This document shows positions 14,429 through 27,959 of a stretch of DNA of 64,000 nucleotides, piece after piece. Origin of the DNA: Octopus vulgaris (Eukaryota); the NCBI GenBank assembly GCA_951406725.2, contig OX597830.1, positions 75,888,001 to 75,952,000 on the forward strand, read 5' to 3'. Position 1 is the stretch's first letter. Each line of letters starts with the position of its first letter. The position numbers were made by a program, and so were the translations under genes. A model generated the notes under the pieces. That model had not been told where the DNA came from. It was given only the letters and a program-made list of their open reading frames with translations, and did no database searches.

Positions 14429-14930
14429 GGAGGCGCGTGGCTTAGTGGTTAGGGTGTCAGCATCATGATCGTAAGATTGTAGTTTCGATTCCTGGACCGG
14501 GCGACGCGTTGTGTTCTTGAGCAAAACATTTCATTTCACATTGCTCCAGTCCACTCAGCTGGCAAAAATGAGTAATCCTGCTACGGAGCGGCGTCCCGTC
14601 CAGGTGGGGAAATTCTACGCCACCGAAACCGGGAAACCGGCCCTTATGAGCCTGGCATGGCTCGAGAAGGAACATTTATTAGTGGAGGCGCGTGGCTTAG
14701 TGGTTAGGATGTCGGCATCATGATCGTAAGATTGTGGTTTCGATTCCTGGACCGGGCGACGCGTTGTGTTCTTGAGTAAGACACTTCATTTCACGTTGCT
14801 CCAGTCCACTCAGCTGGCAAAAAGGAGTAACGCTGCGATGAACTGGCGTCCTGTCCAGCTGGGGAGCACATACGCCATAGAAACCCGAAAACCGGGCCCG
14901 TGAGTCTGGCTAGGATTTAAAGGGGCGCAT
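14429..14930 (+). mobile_element. Head-to-tail dimer of a tRNA-derived SINE (14429-14674 and 14684-14930)
   Basis: Both units start GGAGGCGCGTGGCTTAGTGGTTAGG (A box) with GGTTTCGATTCC-type B box and similar bodies. Confidence 0.9.
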
Positions 14931-15341
14931 TTATTTTATTTTAATTATTATACCGCTTTCTTGCCAAAATGTTGCATAAACAAACTAACACCGGTTGTGA
15001 AGTGGCTGTGGGGAACAAATACAACAGAAACACAAAGACACATGTACACACACACACACTCACACACACGCACACACACGGTAGGCTTCTTTCAATTTCT
15101 TTCGACCTAATCCACTCAGAGAACTTTGGAGCTATAATGGAAGACCTTCGCCAAAAGTCCCGCACAGTTAAGCATCATTGGAAGAATATAAAATGTTTCT
15201 ACATGATGCGTTGTAAATAAATGGTAAGAAAGATTATTGGAATGTGTGATATGAAGCGCACAATTTTATAGAACTTGTAAAATACTGATCATCTATGCGA
15301 AAACCTTTTAATTTTTGCATGAGTGTATCATATAATGGGAT

Positions 15342-16016
15342 GGAGGCGCAATGGCCCAGTGGTTAGGGCAGCGGACTCGCAGTCATAGGATCGCGGTTTC
15401 GATTCCCAGACCGGGCGTTGTGAGTGTTTATTGAGCGAAAACACCTAAAGCTCCACGAGGCTCCGGCAGGGGATGGTGGTGATCCCTGCTGTACTCTTTC
15501 ACCACAACTTTTTCTCACTCTTTCTTCCTGTTTCTGTTGTACCTGTATTTCAAAGGGCCGGCCTTGTCACTCTCTGTGTCACGCTGAATATCCCCGAGAA
15601 CTACGTTAAGGGTACACGTGTCTGTGGAGTGCTCAGCCACTTACACGTTAATTTCACGAGCAGGCTGTTCCGTTGATTCGGATCAACCGGAACCCTCATC
15701 GTCGTAACCGACGGAGTGCTTCCACATATAATGGGAGGCGCAATGGTCCAGTGGTTAGGGCAGCAGACTCGCGGTCGGAGGATCGCGGTTTCGATCCCCA
15801 GACCGGTCGTTGTGTGTGTTTATTGAGCGAAAACAACTAAAAGCTCCATGACCCCTGTTATACTCTTTTACCACAACTTTCTCTCACTCTCTCTTCCTGT
15901 TCTTTGAGTAATGCTGCGATGGATTGGCGTCCCGTCCAGTTGCGGGGGGGGGACACATACGCCACAGAAACCGGGAAACCGGGCACATGAGCCTGGCTAG
16001 GCTTGAAAAGGGCGAC
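15342..16016 (+). mobile_element. Two tRNA-derived SINEs; the first (15342-15724) is inserted at the head of the second (15735-16016)
   Basis: Heads GGAGGCGCAATGGYCCAGTGGTTAGG and GGTTTCGATYCC. 12-bp direct repeat CATATAATGGGA at 15329-15340 and 15725-15736. Confidence 0.85.
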
Positions 16017-16176
16017 GTTTATCGTTTTTATCGTATCATATAATACATCGAGAAATTTCCTGTCGATGATACAAACGTTTCCCTACTGGCCACAAATATC
16101 TTACATATATTTATGAAGAATAATGTGAATTTTAGTTATAGCTGCAAGGAAAGCAACACTAGGTAAATATCCTAAC

Positions 16177-16372
16177 AATAACCAAACGTCAGTTCTATAT
16201 TTCAGAGATGAGGAATTATGTACATTATTTACATTCGACGGATATTTGTCCTCATCTTGTTTATTGATAACACAACGAGGGTATATCAGCCGAAACGTTG
16301 TGTTAACAACAAACAAGATGAGGACCAATATATGTCGAATGTAAATAATGTAAATAATGTAAATAACCAAAC
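16177..16372. mobile_element. Penelope-like inverted pseudo-LTR remnant with apparent TSD
   Basis: ~16220-16277 inverted at ~16295-16352 around 'agggtatatcagccgaaa' (3' half of a hammerhead). AATAACCAAAC at 16177-16187 and 16362-16372. Confidence 0.65.
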
Positions 16373-17288
16373 ATGTTGAAAAAATAGAAGGTAAAGAGAG
16401 GACAAAGGCCTCCTTCAGTCACAAATGACCATGGGATTGTACCTAGAAAGTTCCCCTTCAAAGCACACGCCCAAGCAACATTGTTTGTAGAAGGCCAGTA
16501 GTCACCCATGCACATCAGTCTCTCCTATACACACCACCGGTTTTGTCCAAGGGAAAAAGCAAAGGCCATTAACGACAATATGAGACTTCGAAAGGCACTT
16601 GCACCCGCGAACCAAGATAAAATTTGGGATTTGCGGAGGGTCAAAGTTGGTAACAAAAACAGGACAGTGGAGACATACAACAAATCAAACGAAAACAAAC
16701 ATGGAGGGCCATTAGACCAGACCAGAGGTAAGGTAACAAACGATGGAGGAATATTGTATTTGACAAGAGAAAAGATAGAGGAGGAAACTAGATAAGAAGG
16801 CGTCTGGTTTGTATAACAGACTGACGGGAAAGAAAGATGATCACGTGAGGAAAAGAAAGATGGACGATGATCACGTGTGAGCAACGAGAGAAAGTAAAAA
16901 GGAAAAAGAGGGAGAGAGAGAAAGACAAAGACATATAGAAAACGGTGAAGGGGGAAAAAAGAATTACAAAAAGGATGAGAGGGAAAAAGACGAGAGGAGA
17001 AGAAGGGGAGAAAAAGAATTAGAGAAAAGAAGAGAGAGAAAACGAAATGGGGAGAGAGAAAACAGTACAGGGTAGAGTCGCATCAAAATTATTCAGATAA
17101 ACATACTTGGAAGTGGATGCGTGGCGTTCAATCATATAATGATATAAATAAAATGTGTGTGTGTCTGTGTATATATATACAAACATATTTATGTGTCTAT
17201 ATATGCATATATAGGTACAGGACGTCACAAAAGGCAAACAACATGAAATACGCTTTGTGATATCCTGTACCCATATATGCATATAAAT

Positions 17289-17334
<46 letters not shown>

Positions 17335-17393
17335 ATATCGTTATTATTAGAAACAGATAAATAGATACATACATACAATACATGCAGGTAGAC

Positions 17394-17493
<100 letters not shown>

Positions 17494-18044
17494 TGTGTGT
17501 GTGTGTGTGTGTACTTTCGTATTCATTTCCGAATTTGTATATCACTTATGATATCGTTTCATATCGAATTATCATATCTAATCATATTTGCATGCTTACA
17601 CAGTAATTCCTTCGCCCCTTTGTATATACACATACACAGAAGTATGCACGTATGTATGTATGTATGTATGTATGTATGTATGTATGTATGTATGTATGTA
17701 TGTATGTATGTATGTATGTATGTATGTATGTATGTATGTATGTATGTATGTATGTACGTATGTTTGCATGTATATATGCATGTACTTATCTCCTGATAGC
17801 TTTTCAAACTTCAATTTTTGATACTGACAGACTTACACACACAAACACACACACATACATTGCTTTTCCCTACCCATCTCAGTCACTTTTGCACAAGCAC
17901 ACTAACAAATAACAATACACATATAACCACACACACACAAGCACACTCACGAACACAAACACGACACAAATAAACTCATGCATAAATACAAACTCATTTA
18001 GCACAAGAAAATGAAAAAAAAAAAGCAAGAAGAAAAGAAAAAAA

Positions 18045-18440
18045 ATGTCTCTAGCTCTGGGTTAACAATAACAAGCCACATCTCATTTTTACTCTATTTG
18101 GCAGACGATAAACCTTTTTTTCCACAAAGCCCCTGCAACGATAATAGCGAACAAGTAACATATTTACCCATGATTCATAGCTGTCGCTCTGAATAATGGC
18201 GGTATTTAATAAACCAGTGTTGAGAGTTGCTTGACAGATTTACGGCTGTACAGGACATTAACAATCTCCCATTCAATCAGCTTTGACCCCCTAATAGTCA
18301 GTCACCCTTTCCCTTTGCGCCCCACCTTATTTAAGACCCCAAAACGCTTAGTTTATATATGTATGTATGTATGTATATATATATATATATGCATACATAC
18401 ATATATATTTGAACCGTAAATTCCAGGTCGTAAAAGAAGT
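18045..18440. promoter_or_regulatory. Putative enhancer island with MEIS + PBX-HOX composite
   Basis: TGACAGATTTACGGC (18232-18246) and GGTCGTAAAA (18426-18435, posterior Hox/Abd-B-like) in unique sequence. Confidence 0.4.
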
Positions 18441-18666
18441 TATTTGGTGAGTTTTCTCTAAATTGTTCTAAACGCTTCGTGGGTTTTTTTCTAAATCTTT
18501 ATTTATACATATATTTATTTATACATTTATATATTTATTTATTTATTCATATATTTGTACGTTCTTTCACCATTATCGAGGTTTATGATCACCGTTGTCA
18601 TCATCACCAGCATCACCGTCATCATAATCGTTGTCAACATCATCATCATCGTCGTCATCATCATCA

Positions 18667-18721
<55 letters not shown>

Positions 18722-18970
18722 AGATCCGCATCGTTATTATAACTGCTGTTAATATCGTTGTTTCTCTGAACTTTTAATTATTGCTTTAATACTATTTCAA
18801 GTTTACGTACATATGCGTCTTGGTTTACGTACACACACGTCTTGGTGCATGCATATACGCATGCATGCATGTATGTATGTATGTATGTATGTATGTATGT
18901 ATGTATGTATGTATGTATGCGTGTGGTTTACTGGCATATATAAGCATAGTCACACACACAGACACACACA

Positions 18971-19008
<38 letters not shown>

Positions 19009-19275
19009 CATGTGGCTTGTATGATAAATGAAGTCCGATAGATTTCAGTTGCTATCTGTTCTTATAATTGTGTTTACCGCCACAAGTATGTATATGCGAA
19101 TTAATATAGTTGTGTGCGCTAGTGTGTATACAAATATATGTGTGTATGTAAATTTGGATGGATGGAAGAATGGTTCAGTTTATCGACTCAAATTAGCGAC
19201 GTCCAACCTCAAATAAAAGATATATACATACATATATATATATCCATATATGCATACATACATTATATCATATAT

Positions 19276-19317
<42 letters not shown>

Positions 19318-19372
19318 CACATAATATATGATATAATGTATGTATGCACATATGGATATATATATATTTATG

Positions 19373-19462
<90 letters not shown>

Positions 19463-19467
19463 CATAT

Positions 19468-19818
19468 AACCACATGGTCCCGGATTCAGTCCCACTGCGT
19501 GGCATCTTGGGCAAGTGTCTTCTACTATAGCCTCAGGCCGACCAACTCCTTGTGAGTGGATTTGGTATACGGAAACTGAAAGTAGCCCGTCGTATATATA
19601 TGTAAATATGTATATGTACCTGTGTCTGTGTTTGCACACCGCACCATCGCTTGACAACCGATGACTTTGTGTTTACGTCTCCGTAACTTAGCGGTTCAGC
19701 CAAAGTGTTCGATAGAATAAGTACTAGGCTTACAAAGAATAAGTCTTGGGGTCGATTTGTTCCACTAAAGTCGATGCAACAGCATGGCCGCTGTCAAATG
19801 ACTGAAGCAAGTAAAAAA
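19468..19818 (+). mobile_element. CORE-type tRNA-derived SINE family A (5'-truncated)
   Basis: GGATTCAGTCCC B-box, 'cttgggcaagtgtcttctactatagcc' core, internal (TA/TG)n, tail 'cagcatggccg..gtcaaatgactgaa'. Confidence 0.85.
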
Positions 19819-19891
19819 ATATTTTTATATATTATAAATGTATAATATATATATGTATATATTATAAATGTATAATATATATATATATATA

Positions 19892-19938
<47 letters not shown>

Positions 19939-19941
19939 ATG

Positions 19942-19979
<38 letters not shown>

Positions 19980-20159
19980 ATAAGGGTAGAATTGATATTA
20001 ATCAATTAAATCCAATGGCTTAGCATATTTTAAAAAAATCCTACGATTTCAGATTATATATATATACACGAGTAATACAAACACATATACAAATACATAC
20101 AGACACATATATACAACCCCGCACACTCACACACACACGCACACGCACACGCACTACTA

Positions 20160-20420
20160 CTTCACCATCTGTAATGATCTACTCTGGCAATGTAAAAGCG
20201 GAGAAACAAACATGGTTTTTTATTATCACTCCACCCTTCCATATCTAATTCCCGTTGATTTGTAGTCGCGCTGCCCGCTGTTGCCCGCCTTCTCTCCTTG
20301 TAAATTCTAAATTCCCCGCCTTTTTCTCCCTCCTTCATCGCTCTCGGATCATCATCCCCTTGCCACCCATTCCCACACCACGAAAAACCTCTTCTCCTAC
20401 TTACTAACTGATTCATAATA
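20160..20420. promoter_or_regulatory. GC-enriched unique island, possible regulatory element
   Basis: CpG-containing non-repeat sequence with GCCCGC and CCCCGCC boxes amid AT-rich repeats. No recognisable ORF. Confidence 0.3.
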
Positions 20421-21293
20421 TAGCGTTGGTAGTGATAGAGTGATGGGGACGCTATTAGTGAGGAGAGATTAGATCTATTTGTACGAAGAGTGTTTCATAA
20501 TATTCTTTTCTTCTCTAGGCACAAGGCCCGAAATTTTGGGGGAGGGGGCAGTCAATTAGATCGACCTAGTACGCGACTGGTACTTAATTTATCGACCCCG
20601 AAAGGATGAAAGGCAAAGTCGACCTCGGCGGAATTTGAACTCAGAACGTAGCGGCAGACGAAATACCGCTAAGTATTTCACCCGGCGTGCTAACGTTTCT
20701 GCCAGCTCTCTGACACAGTGTTTCATAATATGCGTTGAATAACACAGTTGTCTGGTTCATATCTATTGTGTACCAGTAATACTTGAGGACAATGTTTACT
20801 CTCCTTCTTTCGATAGAATTAACCAACATAAACTCTAGGTCATCCATTTGTCCCTTTACTAGTTTCAGTCACTGGACTGTGGTCATGCTGGAGCACCACC
20901 TTGAACATATATATATATTATCTTTTATATATAAACTTTTACTTGTTTCAGTCATTCGACTGGGGCCATGCTGGGGCATCGTCTTCAGAAGTTTTAATTG
21001 AATAAATCGACCAACAAATACTTTTTCGTTTAAGTCTCGTACATATTTTATCGATATCGTTTGCCGGACCGCTATGTTACGGGTTCGTAAACACACCAAC
21101 ACCAGTTGACAAGCGGTGATGGGGAACAAACACAGACACAAAGACACACGCGCGCGCGCGAACACACACGCACACACACACACACACACACATATATATC
21201 AATGATTTCTTTTGTCTCTGTCTCAATTTCATTGGAGCTCTTCTTTTTTGAAGTCCTACATATCTCTTTTTCTTTGTTTTGGTTTCCAACGGA

Positions 21294-21363
<70 letters not shown>

Positions 21364-21535
21364 TCCGTTTTTTTTTATGGAATATATAATTTCCGTTTTT
21401 ATTATGCCCAAAAGATATATAGGACTGCGAAAAGGAAATGTTCAAATGAAATATTTTTTCAGTTACTGTCTACCAAATCCACTCAGAAGGCTTTGGCCAG
21501 CATGAATCCTGAATTCTATAAAAAGAACTTATAGC

Positions 21536-21609
<74 letters not shown>

Positions 21610-21986
21610 GGTATGTAGAAAAATACAACATGGACAAGAACGTATAACTCTTAGAAGACGATACAATAAACACGGACAGGACATTCGAAACCCTCAGTCT
21701 TCAGTCAAGAACCGGATCATCGTAGTAATTTCGGCTGATTAATCTTGAGATTACTAGATCACGGCCAGCCCTCCAAGAACTAAGCAACGAGCATTAGAAA
21801 AACTAAGCTGGGAGCGTAGATTTCCTGGAAGAAGGATCGAATGCATACGGACACCAGGACAGCAAAAGAGACGATTATAAAAAAAACAAAAAACAATAAT
21901 GGAATACAGAAACATGAAATACAGAAGCATTAACGGTGAAAACAACAACGAGTGTCTTACGACTGATAACAAGCAAACAAATTTTT

Positions 21987-22045
<59 letters not shown>

Positions 22046-22148
22046 ATCCAAACAAGGAAACACAAAAGAAAACACAAAAAAACACAGCAACGCGAGGACG
22101 TGGAACAAATAAAGTATTATTGGACGCTCAGGAAAGAAGGGAATGAGG

Positions 22149-22183
22149 GTTTAACGTTTCGAGCGGAGCTGTTCGTCGGAAAC
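22149..22183 (-). ncRNA. Minimal hammerhead-like motif, U4C variant, in a TA-flanked repeat (~22041-22257)
   Basis: Minus: GTTT-CCGACGA-A-CAGC-TCC-GCTC-GAAA-CG-TT-AAAC. Stem I GTTT/AAAC, palindromic AACGTT. Confidence 0.55.
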
Positions 22184-22367
22184 AAAGAAGGAAAGATCCC
22201 GAGAAGGGAAGACAGAGGAAAAAAAATTGCTGGCGGTGCTCACGAGGTCACATGTTAGAGAGAGAGAGAAAGAGAGGAAAAGAGAGATAGTTTTTTTGTC
22301 TCCATTCTTGTTTTTCACAATGTTCATGATGTGTTTACGTGTATGTGTATGTATACACACACAAATA

Positions 22368-22429
<62 letters not shown>

Positions 22430-22435
<6 letters not shown>

Positions 22436-23288
22436 CCAAAAGTAACCGGAAATGTTCTCTGTGGGACAAGCCCATTGTAGTTCTGGCTTCCGCTGCTAGA
22501 AATACTTGATGCGATCCTCAGACATGTCTACCTCCCGGCATCGTCGTTTGATGTCGTACTGCCACGTGGTACTTCTTTGTTTTGCAGCTCTTTTCTCCTG
22601 CCCCTCGGTGTTTTGCGATGACTGAAACGAAAGAACAGCGTGCTGGTGCAAACGGTGTCTGAAACAGTTGTTACACTTCAAACAGCATATAAGGTCGCTA
22701 CTATGAGCATAACGCAAGTTTACGAGTGGTTTACACGGTTTAGGAATGGTCACCTGTCGCTTGAGAACCAATAGTCGACCGCCCGAACGAATGAAAACAT
22801 CATGAGAATCCATGAACTGATCCTGGTGGAACGTCACCGAACAATTGAAGTATTTGTTGATATGACCAGTGAGTCCTGGAGTTCCTGCCAAGGAATTTTT
22901 AGCAAGAAATTATGAATGAATAGAGTCTTCGCTTGCAAAATTCGTTCTTCGCTTGCTCACGAAAAATCAAAAGCAGTCACGACTGAATGCGTGTCCTGAA
23001 CTGAAAGAACAATTGGAATTTCATCTGGACCTCTTGTCGAAGGTCATCACTAGTGACGAAAGTTTGTGCTACGGAATTAAAAGATATGGAAGAGCGAAGG
23101 AAATTACGATGGAGGTGTTAAAAGGCATCACTTCGCAAGAGTTCCAGGACTGCTTCCAACAGTGGAAAACGCTTTTGGACCTATGCATTGCTTCAAACGG
23201 AAAATGATTTGAAAGCTATTAAAGTGTAAACAGCTAAAATCAAGTGGGTAAAATAACATTGCAAAATTCCGGTTTCTTTGGGTATTAT
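22430..23288 (+). mobile_element. Internally deleted mariner element
   Basis: Imperfect TIRs (cagtatccaaaagtaaccggaaat / attccggtttctttgggtatta). Translation KFVLRLLTKNQKQSRL..KVITSDESLCY fused to the C-terminal FQDCFQQWK..CIASNG. Confidence 0.8.
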
Positions 23289-23517
23289 ATACACATAATA
23301 TTATTCTTTCTAAAGACATGTGACCTGAAATTTTGGAAAGGGGACGAATTGTTTATATTGAGCCAAGTAATTGGTAGATACTTACTTTTATGATCATTGA
23401 CAAAATAGAAAGCTATTTTGACCACGGAGAATTTTGAGCTCAAAATGTAAAGACATTAATAAAATATGTACAGTTATATGAAATATATGTATTTATTGGC
23501 GCAAGCGTTGCCACATA

Positions 23518-23620
23518 GGCGCAGCGTGGCTGTGTGGTAAGAAGTTTGCTTCCCAACCATTTTGTTTGAGTTTCAGACCAACTGCGTGGCGTTTTGAGCA
23601 AGTGTATCTAAATATAGTTT

Positions 23621-23658
<38 letters not shown>

Positions 23659-23858
23659 AAGAGAGAGAGGGAGAAAATATACTAGAAGTTATTGTTAACT
23701 GATGAGAATGAGGCCTAATTTCTTTATATTCTATATCTAAATTCAATAAACAGTTGAATTCCTTATTGACATTAGATACTAAACAATTTTCTTTTTAATT
23801 TTTTTTTGTTTCAGTCTATACATATATATATATAGATATACGTATCTACATATGTATG

Positions 23859-23924
<66 letters not shown>

Positions 23925-24214
23925 TGTATATGCACAACACACACACATACACACACACACACATATATATATGTGTGTGTGTGTGTGCGCGCGTGTTCGC
24001 GTGCTTGTCTGTATGTGTCTTTGTGTTTGTCTCACCAGCAACACTTGACAACCGGTGTTGGTGTGTCTACGTCCCCGTAACATAGCGCGATTCGGCAAAA
24101 GACACCGATAGAATAAGTACTAGGCTTACAAAGAATAAGTTCTGGGCTCGATTCTTTCGACTAAAGGCGGTGCTCCAGCACCGCCACAGTCAAATGACTG
24201 AAACAAATAAAAGA
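23518..24214 (+). mobile_element. SINE family A split by microsatellite expansion or insertion
   Basis: Head at 23518-23620 and tail at 24000-24214 match the 27169-27563 copy. Confidence 0.75.
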
Positions 24215-24985
24215 CCAAAAGTACATGTAGTCGGCTCATTCAACAAAAAATTCTTCAATGACTGACGTAGATTAAAAATAAAATATTTGTTTTCTGTGTG
24301 TGTGCGTGTGTGTATGTGTGTGTGTATGCGTATTCTTGGCCAGAATAAATTACATAATTAAAAATAATTATATACTATAAATACACACACAAACACTTGT
24401 GCATGATGGATTAATCGAGAATCTTTCCTCTCAGAATACAGAAACATTTCTCATGGCTCCAGCAGACAAAATGGAAAAGGCGGTGCCTCGGTGGATGGCA
24501 AGAGAGGATTGCCTACGGCCGGCTCCCACATAAGGTTTTGATGCCAAAGTTTATGTGGAATAAATTGATCATACATCTACAATGTATAAAACATTTGAAA
24601 AATTTTCCTAACAATTCCTTTTAATATTTGATTATAGAAATATAACTGGAATTGTTCAAACATCAAATGACTTCGGGGGTAGAATAAGATGTGAATCAAG
24701 AGAGTTCCATACACAAAAAAAAAGTGGTTTAACATCATACGTCTAAAGACTGGGTTCTCTTGAGTGTAATGCTCTTGTCTGTATTTGTCTCATTTCTATC
24801 GGCAGATTTTCTTTTTCAAACCAAATTTTTATTTTCTATGTAAAGTTATGGCTTCATACACAGTACGGAGTATAAAATAAAACCGAGGTCTTAATTAAAG
24901 TTGCTGATAATAGAGTAGATTCATGTACATCACATACAGCAGATACGCATATATATAAAAAATCTAGAATTCACACACACACACA

Positions 24986-25039
<54 letters not shown>

Positions 25040-26154
25040 TATATATATATGTATATTTACATATATATTTCTTTTATTTGTTTCAGTCATTTGATTGCGG
25101 ACATGCTGGAGCACTGCCTTTAGTTGAACAGATCGACCCCAGGACTTATTGTCTGTAAGCCTAGTACTTATTCTATCGGTATGTTTAGTCGAACCGCTAA
25201 GTTACGGGGACATTAAACATGTATATATATATATATACACACACACACACATAAACTTATATATACATAATTATGTATGTGTGTTTGTGTATAACACAAA
25301 TACGTACAGGTACATGTGTATATCCACGTTTGTGAATGTGTTTGTGTGTGTTTGTGTTTGTGTGTGTGTGTGTCTGTCTGTCTGTCTGTATGTATGTATG
25401 TATGTCTGTTTGCGCGCGAGTGTGCGTATGGTGAGTGCTTAAAATTATACAGTAATTTAAGATGAAGTGTATACTAAGTTTATATTGAAATGCATATATA
25501 CTAACAAGCGGAACCAAACGAAAGCACAAAACTATATGTATATTTAAACGCTTATACGCATACAATGCTATCGTATATACCCATACAATAATATATGAGA
25601 CCAAGTATACATACGATATATATACATGTGTGTGTGTGCGTGTACAGTCATTATAAAGCAATTAAAAGGTCTTCGTATCGTCTAATGGCAGAGGCCGTGT
25701 AAGGTCGATGTATTTTATGACTAAGCTGTCACTGAAGGTACTGCCGATGACATTTAACGAGATCATAAATTTTGAGACCAGTCATAAAACTGTCGTATCT
25801 TCAAAGGTTTTATGCTTATATGCTTACATGTATGTATATAAACATATATACATACGAGTGCGAGGGGAATTTGTTCAAATATGAATCAACTCTCTCTCCC
25901 TCTCTCTCTTGCTGGTAAATATATCACTTTTACTTGTTTCAGTCATTTGATAGTGGCCATGCTGGGGCACCACATTGAAGAATTTTTATTCAAACAAATG
26001 TATTTATTTAATCGGTCTCTTTTGAAGAACCCCAAAATTTCAGGATGTCAACAACAAACCCACACCGGTTGTCAAGCAGTGATAGCCTAAAAATACAAAC
26101 GCTAAAAAACATACACATATAGATGTACTATATGGAAACATACATAAATGAATG

Positions 26155-26215
<61 letters not shown>

Positions 26216-26570
26216 CGAGAAATTGAGGTTATAAGAGATAATGGTGTCATTGAGACCCAAAGGCGTCAGGTAATGCTGAATAAGTGCTATAGACAGACCA
26301 TAGTAAAGTTCCACGTTCGCTGATTTTGCGACATATATATATACACTGCTGGATTTTACTCATAAGGTATTGGAATCTTAACAATTTGAAATACTGTTGG
26401 ATTTTTCTGATAAGATTATTGGAATCTTACATATATACTATTCTGCCTAAAAATGGATCTACAAATTCAATATCCCTACATATGTAGGGATATCTATTTT
26501 CTTTCCTCCACCTCACTCTCTATTTTGTATCCTATGTAAATTAATTATTACTTAACCATCCTCTCACACC

Positions 26571-26622
26571 GTCTCTGATGAAGAGATATAATTAATAAAT
26601 ATCCTGGAAACAGCAGTCAGAC
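26571..26622 (+). ncRNA. Type I hammerhead ribozyme motif (canonical core) inside a TA-flanked insertion (~26214-26695)
   Basis: GTCT-CTGATGA-AGAGATAT-aattaataa-ATATCCTG-GAAAC-AGCA-GTC-AGAC. Stem I GTCT/AGAC, GUC triplet, stem III one substitution from palindromic ACAGCTGT. Confidence 0.75.
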
Positions 26623-26819
26623 CTTTTATCTATAACTGTTCTAATATCTACACAACCTTAGTTTTTTATCTCATTACGCAAAAAATTATTTTTATATATA
26701 TATATATATATGCGATGCTTGCATACTGTCTCCAACATAGAACTGAGGGACCATATGCATAACAGTGAGGTACTAACAAAATGCAACATATCAGCTATTG
26801 AAACCATCTTCATCAAAAT

Positions 26820-26936
26820 ACACGCCCTGATACCGTCGGTATCTACATATCAAATTTGAACTCAATCGGATGGAAGATGACCGAGATTCTAGAAGACACA
26901 TACACAGACAGACAGACAGAACGGATTTTATATAAG

Positions 26937-26940
<4 letters not shown>
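26820..26940 (+). mobile_element. Helitron/Helentron-type non-autonomous end; similar ends at ~32150-32370 and ~40740-40922
   Basis: 'caaatttgaactcaatcgg..(acag)n..ttttatataagat' resembles DINE/HINE-like termini. Confidence 0.35.
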
Positions 26941-26971
<31 letters not shown>

Positions 26972-27168
26972 GCTTACCAACCATATGGCTCTGGATTCAG
27001 TCCCACTGTGTGGCACCTTGGGCAAGTGTCTTCTACTATAGCCTTGGGCCAACCAAAGCCTTATGTATGTATGTATGTATGTATGTATGTATGTATGTAT
27101 GTATGTATGTATGTATGTATGTATGTATGTATCTTTGTGTGTATATCTGTATATTTTCTTTCTCTTTT

Positions 27169-27563
27169 CTCTTTTACTTGTTTCAGTCATTTGACTGTGG
27201 CCATGCTGGAGCACCGCCTTTTAATCGACAACTCGACCCCGGGACTTATTCTTTTGTAAGCCCAGTACTTATTCTATCGGTCTCTTTTGCCGAACCGCTA
27301 AGTAACGGGGACATAAACACACCAGCATTGGTTGTCAAGCAATGCTAGGGTACAAACACAGACACACATACACACGCATATATATATATATACATATATA
27401 CGACGGGCTTCTTTCAGTTTCCGTCTACCAAATCCACTCACAAGGCTTTGGTCGGCCCGAGGCTATAGTAGAAGACACTTGCCCAGGGTGCCACGCAGTG
27501 GGACTGAACCCGGAACCATGTGGTTGGTAGACAAGCTACTTACCACACAGCCACTCCTGCGCC
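27169..27563 (-). mobile_element. Full-length SINE family A; other copies at 28465-28876 (+), 40289-40723 (-), 47610-47804 (+), 54716-55205 (+), 25068-25220 (-) and many fragments
   Basis: Head GGCGCAGGAGTGGCTGTGTGGTAAG (A box), GGGTTCAGTCCC (B box), CORE-like 'ccttgggcaagtgtctt', internal microsatellite, LINE-like tail. Confidence 0.9.
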
Positions 27564-27959
27564 TATATACGTATGTATGTATGTATGTATGTATGTATGT
27601 ATGTATGTATGTAGGAGACGGATAGAATTAGCCCTGGGGTCAATTTGCTCGACTAAAAGCGGTGCTCCAGCATGGCCGCAGCCAAATGACCGAAACAAAT
27701 AAAATGATGTGTATGTGTGTTTGGTAAATTTTGTCTACTACTATTTAAATGGCGATTTCCTCAACCAATCTTTGTTTTAGACCCTCACGTACCATTCTTT
27801 CTCTCAGACTCACTCTCCCTGTCTCTGCCTCTCTATCCCAACCTCACACTATTATTATTATTACTACTATTACTAATACTACTGCTCACCACTCACCACC
27901 ACCACAACTCACCGTCTCCAACCTTGCGCCAAGCGGGACACTTTAAGAAAAAGAAAAAA

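Noticed and set aside
14429-14500. tRNA-like sequences with A and B boxes (also 472, 15342, 15735, 27563)
   Set aside because: They continue into SINE bodies and lack a proper acceptor stem, so they are SINE heads rather than tRNA genes.
19829-19950. Three copies of ATATTATAAATGTATAATAT resembling a spaced repeat array
   Set aside because: Spacers are plain TA repeats, indicating slippage duplication. Not CRISPR-like, and the context is eukaryotic.
21675-21780. CTGAAGA and GAAA motifs on the minus strand of a TA-flanked repeat
   Set aside because: Order and pairing do not give a convincing hammerhead (GAAT instead of GAAA after the CTGAAGA). The repeat may still be Penelope-derived.
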